A stretch of DNA of 64,000 bases from Phycisphaerales bacterium UBA5793. GTDB lineage: Bacteria > Planctomycetota > Phycisphaerae > Phycisphaerales > UBA5793. The notes under the pieces were generated by a model. That model saw only the letters and a program-made list of their open reading frames with translations. It made no database searches and was not told the origin of the DNA. The stretch lies in NCBI GenBank assembly GCA_002418285.1, contig DIDT01000045.1, positions 41,250-105,249 of the forward strand, written 5' to 3'. Shown piece by piece: positions 41,887-51,825 of the stretch (its first letter is position 1; each line of letters starts with the position of its first letter). The position numbers were made by a program, and so were the translations under genes.

Positions 41887-44304
41887 ATGCCAGAATCCGC
41901 CTCCGCCCCACCAACCTCCTCCTACAACTCGCACCATGATTCGCTTCTCGAAGGGCTGACCGAGCCGCAGACCCGGGCGGTCCTTCATACCGAGGGTCCG
42001 CTGCTGGTGCTGGCGGCTGCCGGATCGGGTAAGACGCTGACGATCACCCGCCGCGTGGCTCACCTGATTGCGCAGGGCAATCCGCCGTGGTCGATTCTGG
42101 CGCTGACATTTACGAACAAGGCTGCGACTGAGATGCGCGAGCGAATCGAACGGCTCGTTCCTCCGAGCACCGGTACCGCGCGCGGCTTGGTCATCAGCAC
42201 GTTTCACGCCTTCTGCGCCCGGCTTTTGAGACGATACGCCGAGCGAGTGGGTCTCAACGGCAACTACACGATCTATGACGCCGGCGATCAGAAGGCAGCG
42301 ATCAAGGATGCGCTCGAGCGGCTCGATCTGTCGAAGCAGAACTTTCCGCCGGACGCGATGTCGGCGCGGATCAGCAACGCCAAGAACGCGATGGAGCGGG
42401 TCGAAGATGTTCGCGCCAACGGCGGCGACTTCTGGTCGAAGCAGTTTGCCCGCGTCTACGAGGAGTATGAGAAGACGCTGCGGCAGAACAACGCCGTAGA
42501 CTTTGATGATCTGCTGCTGCATATCGCTACACTGCTGCGCGATGATGTCGAGGTGCGCGAAGAGCTCCGCAGCCGGTTCCGACATGTCTTAATCGATGAG
42601 TACCAGGACACGAACCACGCCCAGTTTCTGATCGCAGACGGGCTGGCCGCGGGGCATCGGCGCATTTGCGTCGTCGGTGATCCTGATCAGTCGATTTACG
42701 GCTGGCGCGGGGCGGACATCAGCAATATTCTGGAGTTCCAGGAGCACTATCCCGAAGCGGAGGTCGTCAAACTCGGGGAGAACTTCCGATCGACGGCGCC
42801 AATCCTGGCCGTGGCCGATCACCTGATCAAGCACAACGTCAAACGCAAGGACAAGCCGCTGTTCACGAACCGTCCGGGCGGCGACAAGCCGATCGTGATG
42901 ACGTGCGTGGATGAGCATTACGAGGCGGAATTCGTCGCCAACTACCTCGACTCAATGAATCGCGAACACGGCCTGGCGTGGAAGGACATGGCCGTGTTCT
43001 ACCGCACCAACTCGCTGAGCCGCAACATCGAAGCGGCGCTCCGCGACAGGCAGATTCCGCACGTGCTGGTACGAGGCACTGCGTTCTACGATCGCAAGGA
43101 GATCCGCGATGCGCTGGCGTACCTTCGCGTGGTGCTGAATCCGGGCGATGCGGTCTCGCTCAAGCGGATCATCAACGAACCATCGCGCGGCATCGGCAAG
43201 ACGACGATCAATCGGGTGGAGCAGTTCGCGGCGGAGCATCGGATCACACTCTTCGAGGCCGTTTGCCGCTGCCGGGAAGTGACTGAGCTCAATGCCCGGG
43301 CCATCGCCGCCTTGGAGCGATTTGCGCGACTGGTGCAGTCCTGGACCGGCGAGAGTTCGTTCATGGGCGTCGAGACCATCGGTGAGTTGGCGGAACTGGT
43401 CCGTCGCATCGTCACGGAGTCAGGCATGGAAGCCGCGCTCAACGTCGGCAAGAGCGAGGAAGACGCCCAGCGCCTCGACAACCTCAATGAACTCGTGTCG
43501 GCCGTGATGGAATTTGAAGAGAAGTTCGCGGCGCAGCAGGCGGCGGGCGTCGATGCGATGACCGATCCGTTTGGCTTTGATGTTGACGCGTTACCCGAGG
43601 AGACCGAAGAGCCCCCGTTGATGGCGCGACTGCGGGCGTACCTCGAGCAGGTCGCGCTGGTGTCGGACGTGGAAGCTTTCGATCCTGACGCCGGGGCGGT
43701 CATGCTGATGACCTTGCACGCGGCCAAGGGACTGGAGTTCCCGGTTGTGGTCATGATCGGCCTGGAGGAGAACCTGCTCCCCCATTCGCGCTCGCGCGAA
43801 AGCGATGCGGAACTGGAGGAGGAGCGCCGGCTGGCGTTCGTGGGGATCACCAGGGCTAAGCAGCGGCTCGTGCTCACGCACGCCACCGTCCGGACGTGGC
43901 GCGGCATGCGGGAGCCGACGATCACCAGCCGGTTCCTCGGCGAGCTGCCCGAAGACGGTATTGAGTGGCACGGCCGCGAAGAGGTGGCTCGATTTCACAG
44001 CGGATACGACGCCGAAGTGGAGACGAACTGGGGCTCACGGCGGGGCGGCGCCGGCCGACGCGAGCGCGGTGAGTTCGAAGACGCCGAGGAGATTCGCAAC
44101 GTTCAGCAGTGGACCCGGAATCGCGCGGCCGATGACTCTTCGGAATACCCCGTGGGGTGCCGCGTTCGCCATCCGCAGTTCGGTGACGGCTCGGTTGAAT
44201 CAGTCACGCGCACCGGCCGGCATACGCGGGTTCGCGTGAAGTTCCGCGATGTGGGCACCAAGACGCTGATTGCCGAGTACGCGCGGCTGGAGCGGCTCGG
44301 GTAG
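41887..44304 (+). CDS. uvrD: UvrD/PcrA/Rep-family ATP-dependent DNA helicase
   Basis: 805 aa with Walker A LAAAGSGKT and motifs TFTNKAATEMRER, LIDEYQDTN, VGDPDQSIYGWRGA, TLHAAKGLEFPVV and AFVGITRAK. It has a C-terminal Tudor-like tail (VRHPQFGDGSV...VKFRDVGTKTLIAEYARLERL). Confidence 0.95.
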   Translation: MPESASAPPTSSYNSHHDSLLEGLTEPQTRAVLHTEGPLLVLAAAGSGKTLTITRRVAHLIAQGNPPWSILALTFTNKAATEMRERIERLVPPSTGTARGLVISTFHAFCARLLRRYAERVGLNGNYTIYDAGDQKAAIKDALERLDLSKQNFPPDAMSARISNAKNAMERVEDVRANGGDFWSKQFARVYEEYEKTLRQNNAVDFDDLLLHIATLLRDDVEVREELRSRFRHVLIDEYQDTNHAQFLIADGLAAGHRRICVVGDPDQSIYGWRGADISNILEFQEHYPEAEVVKLGENFRSTAPILAVADHLIKHNVKRKDKPLFTNRPGGDKPIVMTCVDEHYEAEFVANYLDSMNREHGLAWKDMAVFYRTNSLSRNIEAALRDRQIPHVLVRGTAFYDRKEIRDALAYLRVVLNPGDAVSLKRIINEPSRGIGKTTINRVEQFAAEHRITLFEAVCRCREVTELNARAIAALERFARLVQSWTGESSFMGVETIGELAELVRRIVTESGMEAALNVGKSEEDAQRLDNLNELVSAVMEFEEKFAAQQAAGVDAMTDPFGFDVDALPEETEEPPLMARLRAYLEQVALVSDVEAFDPDAGAVMLMTLHAAKGLEFPVVVMIGLEENLLPHSRSRESDAELEEERRLAFVGITRAKQRLVLTHATVRTWRGMREPTITSRFLGELPEDGIEWHGREEVARFHSGYDAEVETNWGSRRGGAGRRERGEFEDAEEIRNVQQWTRNRAADDSSEYPVGCRVRHPQFGDGSVESVTRTGRHTRVRVKFRDVGTKTLIAEYARLERLG

Positions 44305-44443
44305 GCGCACGGGTGCGGCCGATTCCGCCGAGTGTGCGAACAAGATCTTCCGAACGATCAACGAGTTCGCTCGTGGTCATCCGTTGCAGGGCATCAATCT
44401 CGCGTTCAATGGCCATCGGCATGTGGTGGCTCCTTTCGGACAT
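44204..44443 (-). pseudogene. N-terminal fragment of a DUF2924-type gene (integrative-element associated)
   Basis: MAIEREIDALQRMTTSELVDR matches, from memory, the DUF2924 N-terminus (..EIAALQRMTV.ELR..Y...FGE). The sequence then degenerates and the ORF runs antisense into the 3' end of uvrD. Confidence 0.4.
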
Positions 44444-44455
44444 GGAGACTCAGCC

Positions 44456-44680
44456 CTAACCGCGGGGCCGGTTCACCACAGTGAGGCGCGAATGCTCGCC
44501 GAGTTCAAGTGTGATGTTGCCGGAATCTGCGGATTCCGCGGGAGGCGAAGATGTTCGCGCCCGGGCGGCCCGGGCGTACCTGACGAGGCCGCATGCGAGG
44601 ATGCGGGCGACTTCCGAGCGTCGCTCGGCAGCGGACAGGGTGGCGGGATCGATGGCGGCGGGCAAGGGAGGCTCCGGCAC
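44456..44680 (-). CDS. small hypothetical protein of the kind found upstream of DUF2924/serine-recombinase modules
   Basis: 74 aa. LSAAERRSEVARILACGLVRYARAARARTSSPPAES resembles small proteins I recall preceding DUF2924 genes. It may itself be a remnant. Confidence 0.35.
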   Translation of the reverse strand: MPEPPLPAAIDPATLSAAERRSEVARILACGLVRYARAARARTSSPPAESADSGNITLELGEHSRLTVVNRPRG

Positions 44681-44800
44681 AGGGCTCGATGCGGCGCGCG
44701 AAGAGCGCCGTCATGGGTTACCTATGCCGGGCGAGTGCGCGATGTCCGGCTACGGAGTCAATCCGCAATCCGGACACGCGATCGTCTGCTCGTTTCAAAC

Positions 44801-46159
44801 TCAGTCGAAGGTGTGCACCACCAACTGGCTGATGGCGCATTCGTTCTGGACGACGGCCTGGAAGAGGATGGTCTGGCCGCGTGCGATGAGGGGGACGTTG
44901 CGGGTGATGGTGGCGACGCCGTTGCCGTCGGCAATCGCGCTGCCAATCACCGTCGGCTGATCGAGTTGCAGCGCATTCTGCTGGAGGTCGCAGCCGGGGA
45001 TGCGCGTGCCGCCGCCGTGGCGGGAATAGCAGAAGTAGACTCGCGCGCCGGGGGTGGCGCCAGTCACTCGCAGGCGATTCGTTGTCCCCGCGCTGCCCGG
45101 AAGGGGACTCTGGAGTGTCATCGTTGGATTGACTGGGGTGAGCAATAGCGCCCAAGTGTCGCCATCGTAGTCGGCCGTCACTGGGATCTGACCCGCGTCA
45201 TTGAGGTGAGTGGCGCGCTCAATTCGCCACGGCAACCGTAGGCTAGGGGGGACTAAGTCATCGAGTATCAACCAGTCCTCGCCTAGATTAAGAATCATGG
45301 CCGCGGACACGATGTCGCCAACAATCTGTCCGAGGTTGTTGATGCCTCGGGCCGCACTGTACGACCCAACGGTCGGACTGTGGATATCGATGATTTGCTG
45401 ATTCACCCACTTCACGGCATGACGCTGGCCGGAAGGCGCGACCGAACTTCCGACAATGACGCTGGATTCGTTGATACCATAGGCTTGAGTTGAGCCTTCT
45501 CCGCCGAGTGATTCGAGTTCAATTACCTCGCCGTTGCGCCAGAAGAGGCCAACGATCTGAAGACTCTGGTCATAGCCCTTCCCCACGATCTCGCCGGAGT
45601 TGTTGATGCCGAATGCCACTCCACTGCCAAGTTCCGGGTGGATCCCAGGCAGTTCCAACATCTCGCCGTCCGTCCAGACGAACGCCCTGGATCTGCCACT
45701 GATGTCGTAGGCCGCTTCACCGACGACCTGCCCACTGTCATTGAGCGCGAATGCATAGCTGTCTTCCCCTCCGAGCGTTCCGAGGTCTGACATCTGGCCA
45801 TTGCGCCACAGGAATGCCCGTGTGTCGAAGATGCTTCCATTCGGATCAGCAACCGCCCAACCGCAAACATCACCATTTTCGTTGATCCCGATCGCACCGC
45901 TGTACTGGCCGCCAAGCGTTCCGAGGTCGATTACTCCGCCTTCACGCGGCCAGAGCGCTGCGTGGATACGGAAGTCCGCCGTGGACGTGAAGCCGACGGT
46001 GTCACCTTGGGAGTTCACATCCACTGCACCCGCCCACTGATATGTATCCGTAAGGCGAGGCAACTCAATCACCGCGTAGCGGTAGTCCTGCCCGATCGCG
46101 CTGGCAACGGTGATAAGCGACGCCAGAGCGGGAAGAGCCATGAGATTCGTGCGCGACAT
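44801..46159 (-). CDS. secreted HAF-family repeat protein with a shared C-terminal domain
   Basis: It has a signal peptide (MSRTNLMALPALASLITVASAIG) and repeats of the form G.S.A.GIN..G.VVG....RAFLW..G.M.DLGTLGG. The C-terminal 105 or so aa (NRLRVTGATPGARVYFCYSRHGGGTRIPGC...GNGVATITRNVPLIARGQTILFQAV..NECAIS) are homologous to the C-termini of 16408..17919 and 17934..19589. Confidence 0.8.
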   Translation of the reverse strand: MSRTNLMALPALASLITVASAIGQDYRYAVIELPRLTDTYQWAGAVDVNSQGDTVGFTSTADFRIHAALWPREGGVIDLGTLGGQYSGAIGINENGDVCGWAVADPNGSIFDTRAFLWRNGQMSDLGTLGGEDSYAFALNDSGQVVGEAAYDISGRSRAFVWTDGEMLELPGIHPELGSGVAFGINNSGEIVGKGYDQSLQIVGLFWRNGEVIELESLGGEGSTQAYGINESSVIVGSSVAPSGQRHAVKWVNQQIIDIHSPTVGSYSAARGINNLGQIVGDIVSAAMILNLGEDWLILDDLVPPSLRLPWRIERATHLNDAGQIPVTADYDGDTWALLLTPVNPTMTLQSPLPGSAGTTNRLRVTGATPGARVYFCYSRHGGGTRIPGCDLQQNALQLDQPTVIGSAIADGNGVATITRNVPLIARGQTILFQAVVQNECAISQLVVHTFD

Positions 46160-46191
46160 GTGTCACCTCGTATGCTTCTGAGGGAATTGGC

Positions 46192-46205
46192 GGGGGGGGA
46201 AAAAA
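46192..46205. repeat. homopolymer tract G8 followed by A6
   Basis: cGGGGGGGGAAAAAAc, 33-46 nt upstream of the HAF-protein start codon (46157-46159, minus strand). Confidence 0.9.
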
Positions 46206-46592
46206 CGGGACTGGTACGATTGTTTGCTCCATGGAGGCTGTATGCCATAGCGTCTCGTCCGCTTCAGCCGACTGGCGGCACCGGCCGTTCGCACCCGAAG
46301 AACCGGTCACGCGGCGGAGTCCGGGCGGCAGACCATGCCTCAAGATACCACCACCCAGTTCGCTGGCTGAGGCGGCGGAGTCGATTCAGTAGCAGATTTT
46401 GCAGATCAGGGAAGTTACAGCGCGATGCGCGAAGATTGTGTTGCCCCCTCAACGAGCGCAACCGTGGGGGTTGCGCTCCCTACTGGGGAGACAACCCCCT
46501 CATCACCCCGTACCCTGCGAAACAGAGACTCGGAGAGACTTTTGGCCCAAAGGGACGCCCTCGGCGACCCGGGCCGGCACTAGACTCACTGC

Positions 46593-48134
46593 ATGGCCGA
46601 GATCATCCTGACCACGCTCAATGCTCGCTTTGCGCATGCCTCGTTCGGCTTGCGCTATCTCATGGCGAACATGGGCGCGTTGTGGGACCGGACGATGCTG
46701 CTGGAGTTCGACATCAGTCAGCGCGTTTCGGATGTGCTCGAAGTGATCCTGGCTGAGCGGCCGCGAATCGTCGGGATCGGTGTGTACATCTGGAACGCGG
46801 CGGAGTCGCTGCAACTGGTTGCGGATCTCAAGCGGATCGCGCCGCAGATCACGGTCATTCTCGGCGGGCCGGAGGTTAGTCACGAAACAGATCAGCAACC
46901 GATTGTCGCGCTGGCGGATTACACGATCACGGGTGAGGCGGATCTGGCATTTGCCGCGTTGTGCCGACGACTGCTTGCGGGCGAGCGGCCTCTGATGAAG
47001 GTGATTGCCGCCGATCTGCCGGAGTTAGATCAGATCGAGTTGCCGTATGACGTGTACGACGATCGCGACATTGCGCATCGAGTCGTGTACGTGGAGGCGT
47101 CGCGCGGCTGCCCGTTCAAATGTGAGTTCTGCCTGTCCTCGCTTGATGTGCCGTTGCGGCAGGCGCCGCTTGATCGGTTCCTGGCGGCGATGCAGCGACT
47201 GTTCGAACGCGGGGTGCGGCAGTTCAAGTTTGTGGATCGCACGTTCAATCTGAATCTGAAGGTGAGCCGGGCGATTTTCGAGTTCTTTCGGGAGCGATAC
47301 GAGCCGGGGTTATTTCTGCACTTCGAGATGATTCCGGATCGACTGCCGGAGGCGCTGCGCGAGCCGATCCGGGCGTTTCCGCCGGGTGCACTGCAATTTG
47401 AGGTCGGGATTCAGACGCTCAATCCTGCGGTGGAGGAGTTGATCAGCCGGCAGCAGGAGCACGATCGCATTGTTGAGAACATGCGGTTTCTCCGCGAGGA
47501 GACGGGCGTGCATGTCCACGCTGATCTGATCGTTGGATTGCCGGGCGAGGATATTGCGAGTTTCGCGGCGGGGTTCGATCAACTGGTGGCGATGCGGCCG
47601 CAGGAGATCCAGGTCGGGATACTCAAGCGACCGCGCGGCACGCCGATTGTTCGGCACGACGAGGCGTGGCACATGGTGTACAGCGCGGCCCCGCCCTACG
47701 AGGTGCTTCAGACGAAACTTGTCGACTACACCGACATGCAGATGATGCGGCGCTTCGCGCGATACTGGGACATGATTGCCAACAGCGGCAATTTCATTGA
47801 GACGCTGCCGCTTGTCTGGGGTGCAGCAAGCGCGTTCGGTGAGTTCATGGAGTTGTGCAGGGCGCTGCATACAGCCGAGGGTCGGGCGCATGGCATCTCG
47901 CTGCACCGGCTCGTCGAGATCGTGTGGTTGTTCCTGATTGAAATACGCGGACTGGGTCCGTCTGAGGTCGCGCCGCGCCTGTGGCGGGATTACGCGCGGG
48001 GCGGGCGGTCGGATGTACCGCCCGTGCTGCGTGGGCATCTCAGCGAGAAAGATCGTCGGTCGGTGACGCGGCCGGCGACAACGGATCTTCCGGCGCGGCA
48101 GGCGCGGCAAGTTGCGGCGCGCGAAGTCGTTTAG
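46593..48134 (+). CDS. B12-binding domain radical SAM protein (DUF4080-type C-terminus)
   Basis: The N-terminus [26 protein letters not shown]...[10 protein letters not shown] is a B12-binding-like domain. The radical SAM motif is [12 protein letters not shown] (CxxxCxxC). 513 aa. Confidence 0.85.
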   Translation: MAEIILTTLNARFAHASFGLRYLMANMGALWDRTMLLEFDISQRVSDVLEVILAERPRIVGIGVYIWNAAESLQLVADLKRIAPQITVILGGPEVSHETDQQPIVALADYTITGEADLAFAALCRRLLAGERPLMKVIAADLPELDQIELPYDVYDDRDIAHRVVYVEASRGCPFKCEFCLSSLDVPLRQAPLDRFLAAMQRLFERGVRQFKFVDRTFNLNLKVSRAIFEFFRERYEPGLFLHFEMIPDRLPEALREPIRAFPPGALQFEVGIQTLNPAVEELISRQQEHDRIVENMRFLREETGVHVHADLIVGLPGEDIASFAAGFDQLVAMRPQEIQVGILKRPRGTPIVRHDEAWHMVYSAAPPYEVLQTKLVDYTDMQMMRRFARYWDMIANSGNFIETLPLVWGAASAFGEFMELCRALHTAEGRAHGISLHRLVEIVWLFLIEIRGLGPSEVAPRLWRDYARGGRSDVPPVLRGHLSEKDRRSVTRPATTDLPARQARQVAAREVV

Positions 48135-48297
48135 CAGCGACGCAAGCGTCGCGGCCAAGCGAGAAACGCGCGATTCCCAGAAAAACACACCGGCCCGGGA
48201 GCATGTCCCGGGCAGTGTGTTCGACGGAGACGGATCGGGTCAGGCGAAGGAGTCTCGCCAGATGATCGGCCGGAGGGGTATACCGGCCGGTTGCGGA

Positions 48298-49272
48298 TCA
48301 GTTGCCGCCCTGGGGCAGAGCCGCGACGGCTTCGCCGGAGTTGTCCTGAGGAGCCGGGTCGGGCGTCGATTCGTCGACCACGATGGGGGCGACGGGGAAG
48401 GCCTTCTGGGCCGTCGGCTGTCCGATCGAGAAGGGGTCATCCTTGATGTTCTCAAGGGCGATTCGGCCGAGTGCTTCCTTTTCGTAGTCCCGCTCAACGG
48501 CTCGCTTGCTCAGGGCTTCGAGCACGGCGGCCTGCTCAGACTGCACCGCGGAGAGGCGATTGACGATCTGATCGAGGTTGCTGACGCTCCAGCGGTCGTT
48601 GCTGTTGAGCATCTCTTCGCGGTTCTCAAGCGACTTGGTGATCGACTTGTTCCGCTCGATGGAGGCAATCTGACGCTCGATCTGGGCCGTCTTGGCCTGG
48701 AACTTGGCGTACTCGTTCTGGAGTTCTTCCAGCTGAGCGCCCATGCGATCGCGCTGGCTGATCAGGAGCTTGAGGTCACGATCGTTGACGGCGAGTCGTT
48801 CGCTGTAGTTCATGGCCGTCTGCTGGATCGTCGCAGCCTTGGAGTAGGCCTGATCGATGCTCAGGTGCTGGCCTTGGAACTTCACGAGGACGGGTCGATC
48901 GCCGTAGGACGCCTGCTGAACGTAGCCGGCCTTGTCAACCAGGCTGCGGAGCGAGGCAAGATCGGACTGCCCCGTGGAGATCATCTTGGCGGCGACGTCG
49001 CGGTCACGCTGAACGGCACCGATTTCGGCGTCAATCTCGGCGAGGTTACGAATGGTCTCGCGGATCTTCTCCGGGTAGTCCTTCTGCAGCTGCTTGAGCT
49101 GATAGCGGATCAGGGCCGGGTCTTCGACATTGGAGTCGAACCAGGAGATGAAGTGGGTTTGGATCTGGGCTGCCCCCGCCATGACGCGCTGAGGACCGAC
49201 CAGCAGAGTCAATCCGCCGACCGCCAGACCCCCGATGAGAGCCGTACGAAAGATTGTTTTGGTGATTTGCAT
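48298..49272 (-). CDS. membrane-anchored coiled-coil protein (PspA/IM30-like, tentative)
   Basis: ATG 49270-49272 is preceded by GGAAAGGA. It has an N-terminal TM (TIFRTALIGGLAVGGLTLLV) followed by long heptad-rich helices (EDPALIRYQLKQLQKDYPEKIRETIRNLAEIDAEIGAVQRDRD...). Confidence 0.6.
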   Translation of the reverse strand: MQITKTIFRTALIGGLAVGGLTLLVGPQRVMAGAAQIQTHFISWFDSNVEDPALIRYQLKQLQKDYPEKIRETIRNLAEIDAEIGAVQRDRDVAAKMISTGQSDLASLRSLVDKAGYVQQASYGDRPVLVKFQGQHLSIDQAYSKAATIQQTAMNYSERLAVNDRDLKLLISQRDRMGAQLEELQNEYAKFQAKTAQIERQIASIERNKSITKSLENREEMLNSNDRWSVSNLDQIVNRLSAVQSEQAAVLEALSKRAVERDYEKEALGRIALENIKDDPFSIGQPTAQKAFPVAPIVVDESTPDPAPQDNSGEAVAALPQGGN

Positions 49273-49521
49273 GGTCTTAATCCTTTCCAATTCGCTGACG
49301 AGGCGTGGATGTACTTGTGGTCGTCACCCAAGTTGTTGGGTGGTCGGGGGAAGGGATTTCAGGGCGGGGTCACGATTTTTGAGGTGGGGCGGATGGGCCG
49401 GGTAAATCGGCGGTTTTGGGGCTGGAATGGGGGTTGGCAGGTAAGGCGCGGCGGCCGGAGTCCGACCGGTTAGTGGACTTCCGGCGTGGCGCGTTGAATG
49501 CCGGCCAGATTCGGGCGGGAA

Positions 49522-50940
49522 CTAGCGATCCGCGCCTTCCACAGCGATGTCTTTGAATTCGTGCTGGCCGGCCCAATAGGACGTGGCGTCGAAATCCTGT
49601 AGGGCGATCTTGCCGTCGCCCCGGATGCGGATGGACCACTCATGGCTTTCATTCAACGTCGGTTGATCGAGACGGACCCCCGGCTGGAGTTGAATTGATA
49701 CGCGCCACCTGCCCTCCCCGTACATCTGGTACTCCCAGTAGGCATCGTGATCGAGCCAAATCCGGTGCGCCTGATCAGGATTGACCCAGATGCCCGCGCC
49801 GCGGCCGATTTCCCCTCCGTCTTCGTAGAGCGCCACTGCGATCGCAAATCGACCGGCGCCGAGCGCTTCGCGGAACGAGGCACTTGAAACGTCAAACGAA
49901 ACGACAGGGTTGGGATCGCCGTACAGGTTTGTGCCGACCATAGGACGGAGTGCTTCGAGCGCGGTGTTTTCGATTTGAATGGCGGCGAGCCCATCCGCAT
50001 CCGGCCGACCGACCGTCGTAATCACTCGGTTCTCCTGAAGTATCTGCTCTCGATTGTGCGTCGCAGCGTGGTACCTCGTGAGCACAAGCTCGTACTCCAC
50101 GGGTCCCGGCTCAATTGCGGTACCCAACGCCATTGGGTTGGACCAGAGAATCATCGAGTCGATGCTCCGGCGCTGGATCGAAAAGTCCGCGTAGCCTGGA
50201 GTGATCGAATGGGCGGTCAGTTCCCAACCATCACCGAGTACGAGAAGTCGCGGCTCCACGATGGCCGTGATCGATGCCCCGATGGGCCATTGATCGCGCG
50301 TGTCGGTGTCGATGAAACACATTCGCGAGACGCGGTCACGCTGCGCGGGGACGAGCAGGTCGCGCTCCCACGCTGCATTGAGTATTCGAATCGCCGGGAT
50401 CTGCCAATCGCGAAGCCGAAGTTGCGGCCCGTAGTCAATGTGCATTGCTTTGGCAATGAGCCACCGCTCCTGCCAGCGGGCGATTTTGTCCGTATCGACG
50501 CGCAGGGAAGAATCGCCGATGAAGTCCACGTCCTCCATTCGATATCCGAGTTCACGCCGAAGCGGTGAAACTGCCCAGCGCTTCGCGGGATACGGCTCCT
50601 CCGCCGAAAATCGCATGATGAGAAACGTCGTCGGGAGCGCCGCGATCCAGCCGCGCATCTGGATGGCTTCGAGGCGATAGAACAGGTGTGCGGCCACGAG
50701 CAGCTGAAGCACGATCACGACGTGCAGCAGCGTGTGCCTCGCGTGGATGAGCGGCGATCGGCTCGCCACGTCGTGGCCGCATTCAGGGCAGGTGTCGCTC
50801 ACGCGATGACTCAGGCTGTAGGCGCACAACTCGCAGTGCGACCGGCGGCGGGACCAGCGCCATGTCTGGCGCGCGACGAACCACAGCGCCCAGGCGAAGC
50901 CTGAGACGAAGAGGAACCAGGAAATGGCCAGCCAGAGCAT
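49522..50940 (-). CDS. hypothetical membrane protein with a juxtamembrane Arg-rich / zinc-ribbon motif
   Basis: 472 aa. N-terminal TM, then RQTWRWSRRRSHCELCAYSLSHRVSDTCPECGHDV. Confidence 0.6.
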   Translation of the reverse strand: MLWLAISWFLFVSGFAWALWFVARQTWRWSRRRSHCELCAYSLSHRVSDTCPECGHDVASRSPLIHARHTLLHVVIVLQLLVAAHLFYRLEAIQMRGWIAALPTTFLIMRFSAEEPYPAKRWAVSPLRRELGYRMEDVDFIGDSSLRVDTDKIARWQERWLIAKAMHIDYGPQLRLRDWQIPAIRILNAAWERDLLVPAQRDRVSRMCFIDTDTRDQWPIGASITAIVEPRLLVLGDGWELTAHSITPGYADFSIQRRSIDSMILWSNPMALGTAIEPGPVEYELVLTRYHAATHNREQILQENRVITTVGRPDADGLAAIQIENTALEALRPMVGTNLYGDPNPVVSFDVSSASFREALGAGRFAIAVALYEDGGEIGRGAGIWVNPDQAHRIWLDHDAYWEYQMYGEGRWRVSIQLQPGVRLDQPTLNESHEWSIRIRGDGKIALQDFDATSYWAGQHEFKDIAVEGADR

Positions 50941-51198
50941 TTTCCGATTGTGCCCGATCTGAGGCGCAAGTCAGCAACAAGGGTGTAACAAAGTTTGCGG
51001 CCGGCGCCAGTCGATCGGTGTCCCGGCGCCTCCGGTGCCGATCGCTCGCGCGGTCTTGGCCGGATCGATCTTCGTTCTCCAAAACTAGCCTGTGTGGTTT
51101 TTCGAATCTCCGGTTATCCGACTGGAATTGCCCTTCTTGCTCTGCCAGGCCACTTTTGTTCGCATCTCGGACCTGCTGAGACACGTGAATCCGACAAC

Positions 51199-51237
51199 TT
51201 GTAGGATTTTTTGCACTTTTGTGCTACTACACTGTGT
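51199..51237 (+). promoter_or_regulatory. AT-rich candidate promoter/operator upstream of the BlaI-like repressor
   Basis: TTGTAG-N17-TGCTAC resembles -35/-10 elements. It overlaps the palindromes GCAC-TTTT-GTGC (51213-51224) and ACAC-T-GTGT (51229-51237), 58-80 nt before ATG 51295. BlaI/MecI-family repressors bind TACA/TGTA-type dyads. Confidence 0.3.
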
Positions 51238-51294
51238 CGGACTCCGTATAACTTCACCGAACCGACGGCCTTGTGCATCTGGAGAACGGCCCAA

Positions 51295-51768
51295 ATGGTC
51301 GAACCCAATAAACCAATCAGCGATGCGGAACTCGATGTCCTCAAGCAATTGTGGGACAGCCCCGATGGTGCGACTGTCCGGTCGCTGCATGAACTGCTGC
51401 GCGACGCCGGACATGACTGGGCCTACACCACCGTCCAGACCCTGCTGCAGCGCCTGGAGGAAAAGGGCTACATCCGCAAGGACTCTTCTGAGCGGGCACA
51501 TGTCTTCAAAGCCACGATTTCGCGTGAGGACCTCGTGGGCAACCAGCTTGATGACCTCATGGAGCGGCTGTGCGAGGGCGAAGCCTCTCCCCTGCTTCTG
51601 TCGCTCGTACAGCGCCGTTCGTTCTCCACAGCGGACATCTCGGCGTTGCGTGAACTGCTCAAGCAGATGGAGCACCAGACGCCCGACACCGATGATCGCT
51701 CCAAAGCTCAGCCGTCATCGCCGCCGGGCCGAAAGCGGCGCGGCGGTCGCCACGAACCTCGCGACTGA
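51295..51768 (+). CDS. BlaI/MecI/CopY-family transcriptional repressor
   Basis: ISDAELDVLKQLWDSPDGATVRSLHELLRDAGHDWAYTTVQTLLQRLEEKGYIRKDSSERAHVFKATISREDL is the winged-helix penicillinase-repressor fold pattern. The ATG at 51295 is preceded by GGAGA. Confidence 0.85.
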   Translation: MVEPNKPISDAELDVLKQLWDSPDGATVRSLHELLRDAGHDWAYTTVQTLLQRLEEKGYIRKDSSERAHVFKATISREDLVGNQLDDLMERLCEGEASPLLLSLVQRRSFSTADISALRELLKQMEHQTPDTDDRSKAQPSSPPGRKRRGGRHEPRD

Positions 51769-51825
51769 ATTCAGCATCACCAACGACCCGGGGTGGGATT
51801 CACGAAGAGAGAGCGGAGTCTTCCC

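Noticed and set aside
41689-42585. 298-aa minus-strand ORF
   Set aside because: It is antisense to the 5' third of the UvrD-family helicase gene, whose motifs are unambiguous.
46380-46592. Possible cobalamin riboswitch upstream of the B12-binding radical SAM gene (AGGGAAG start, 10-bp hairpin GAGCGCAACC-gtgg-GGTTGCGCTC)
   Set aside because: The conserved B12-box (GCCACTG-type) and the GGTG/AATCC core elements are not present. Only a generic hairpin remains. An Infernal scan would settle it, but the evidence by eye is insufficient.
48112-49473. 453-aa plus-strand ORF
   Set aside because: It is antisense to the coiled-coil gene 48298..49272, which has a good RBS, a TM anchor and heptad structure. 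The plus-frame translation is repetitive and Gly/Leu/Val/Asp-rich.
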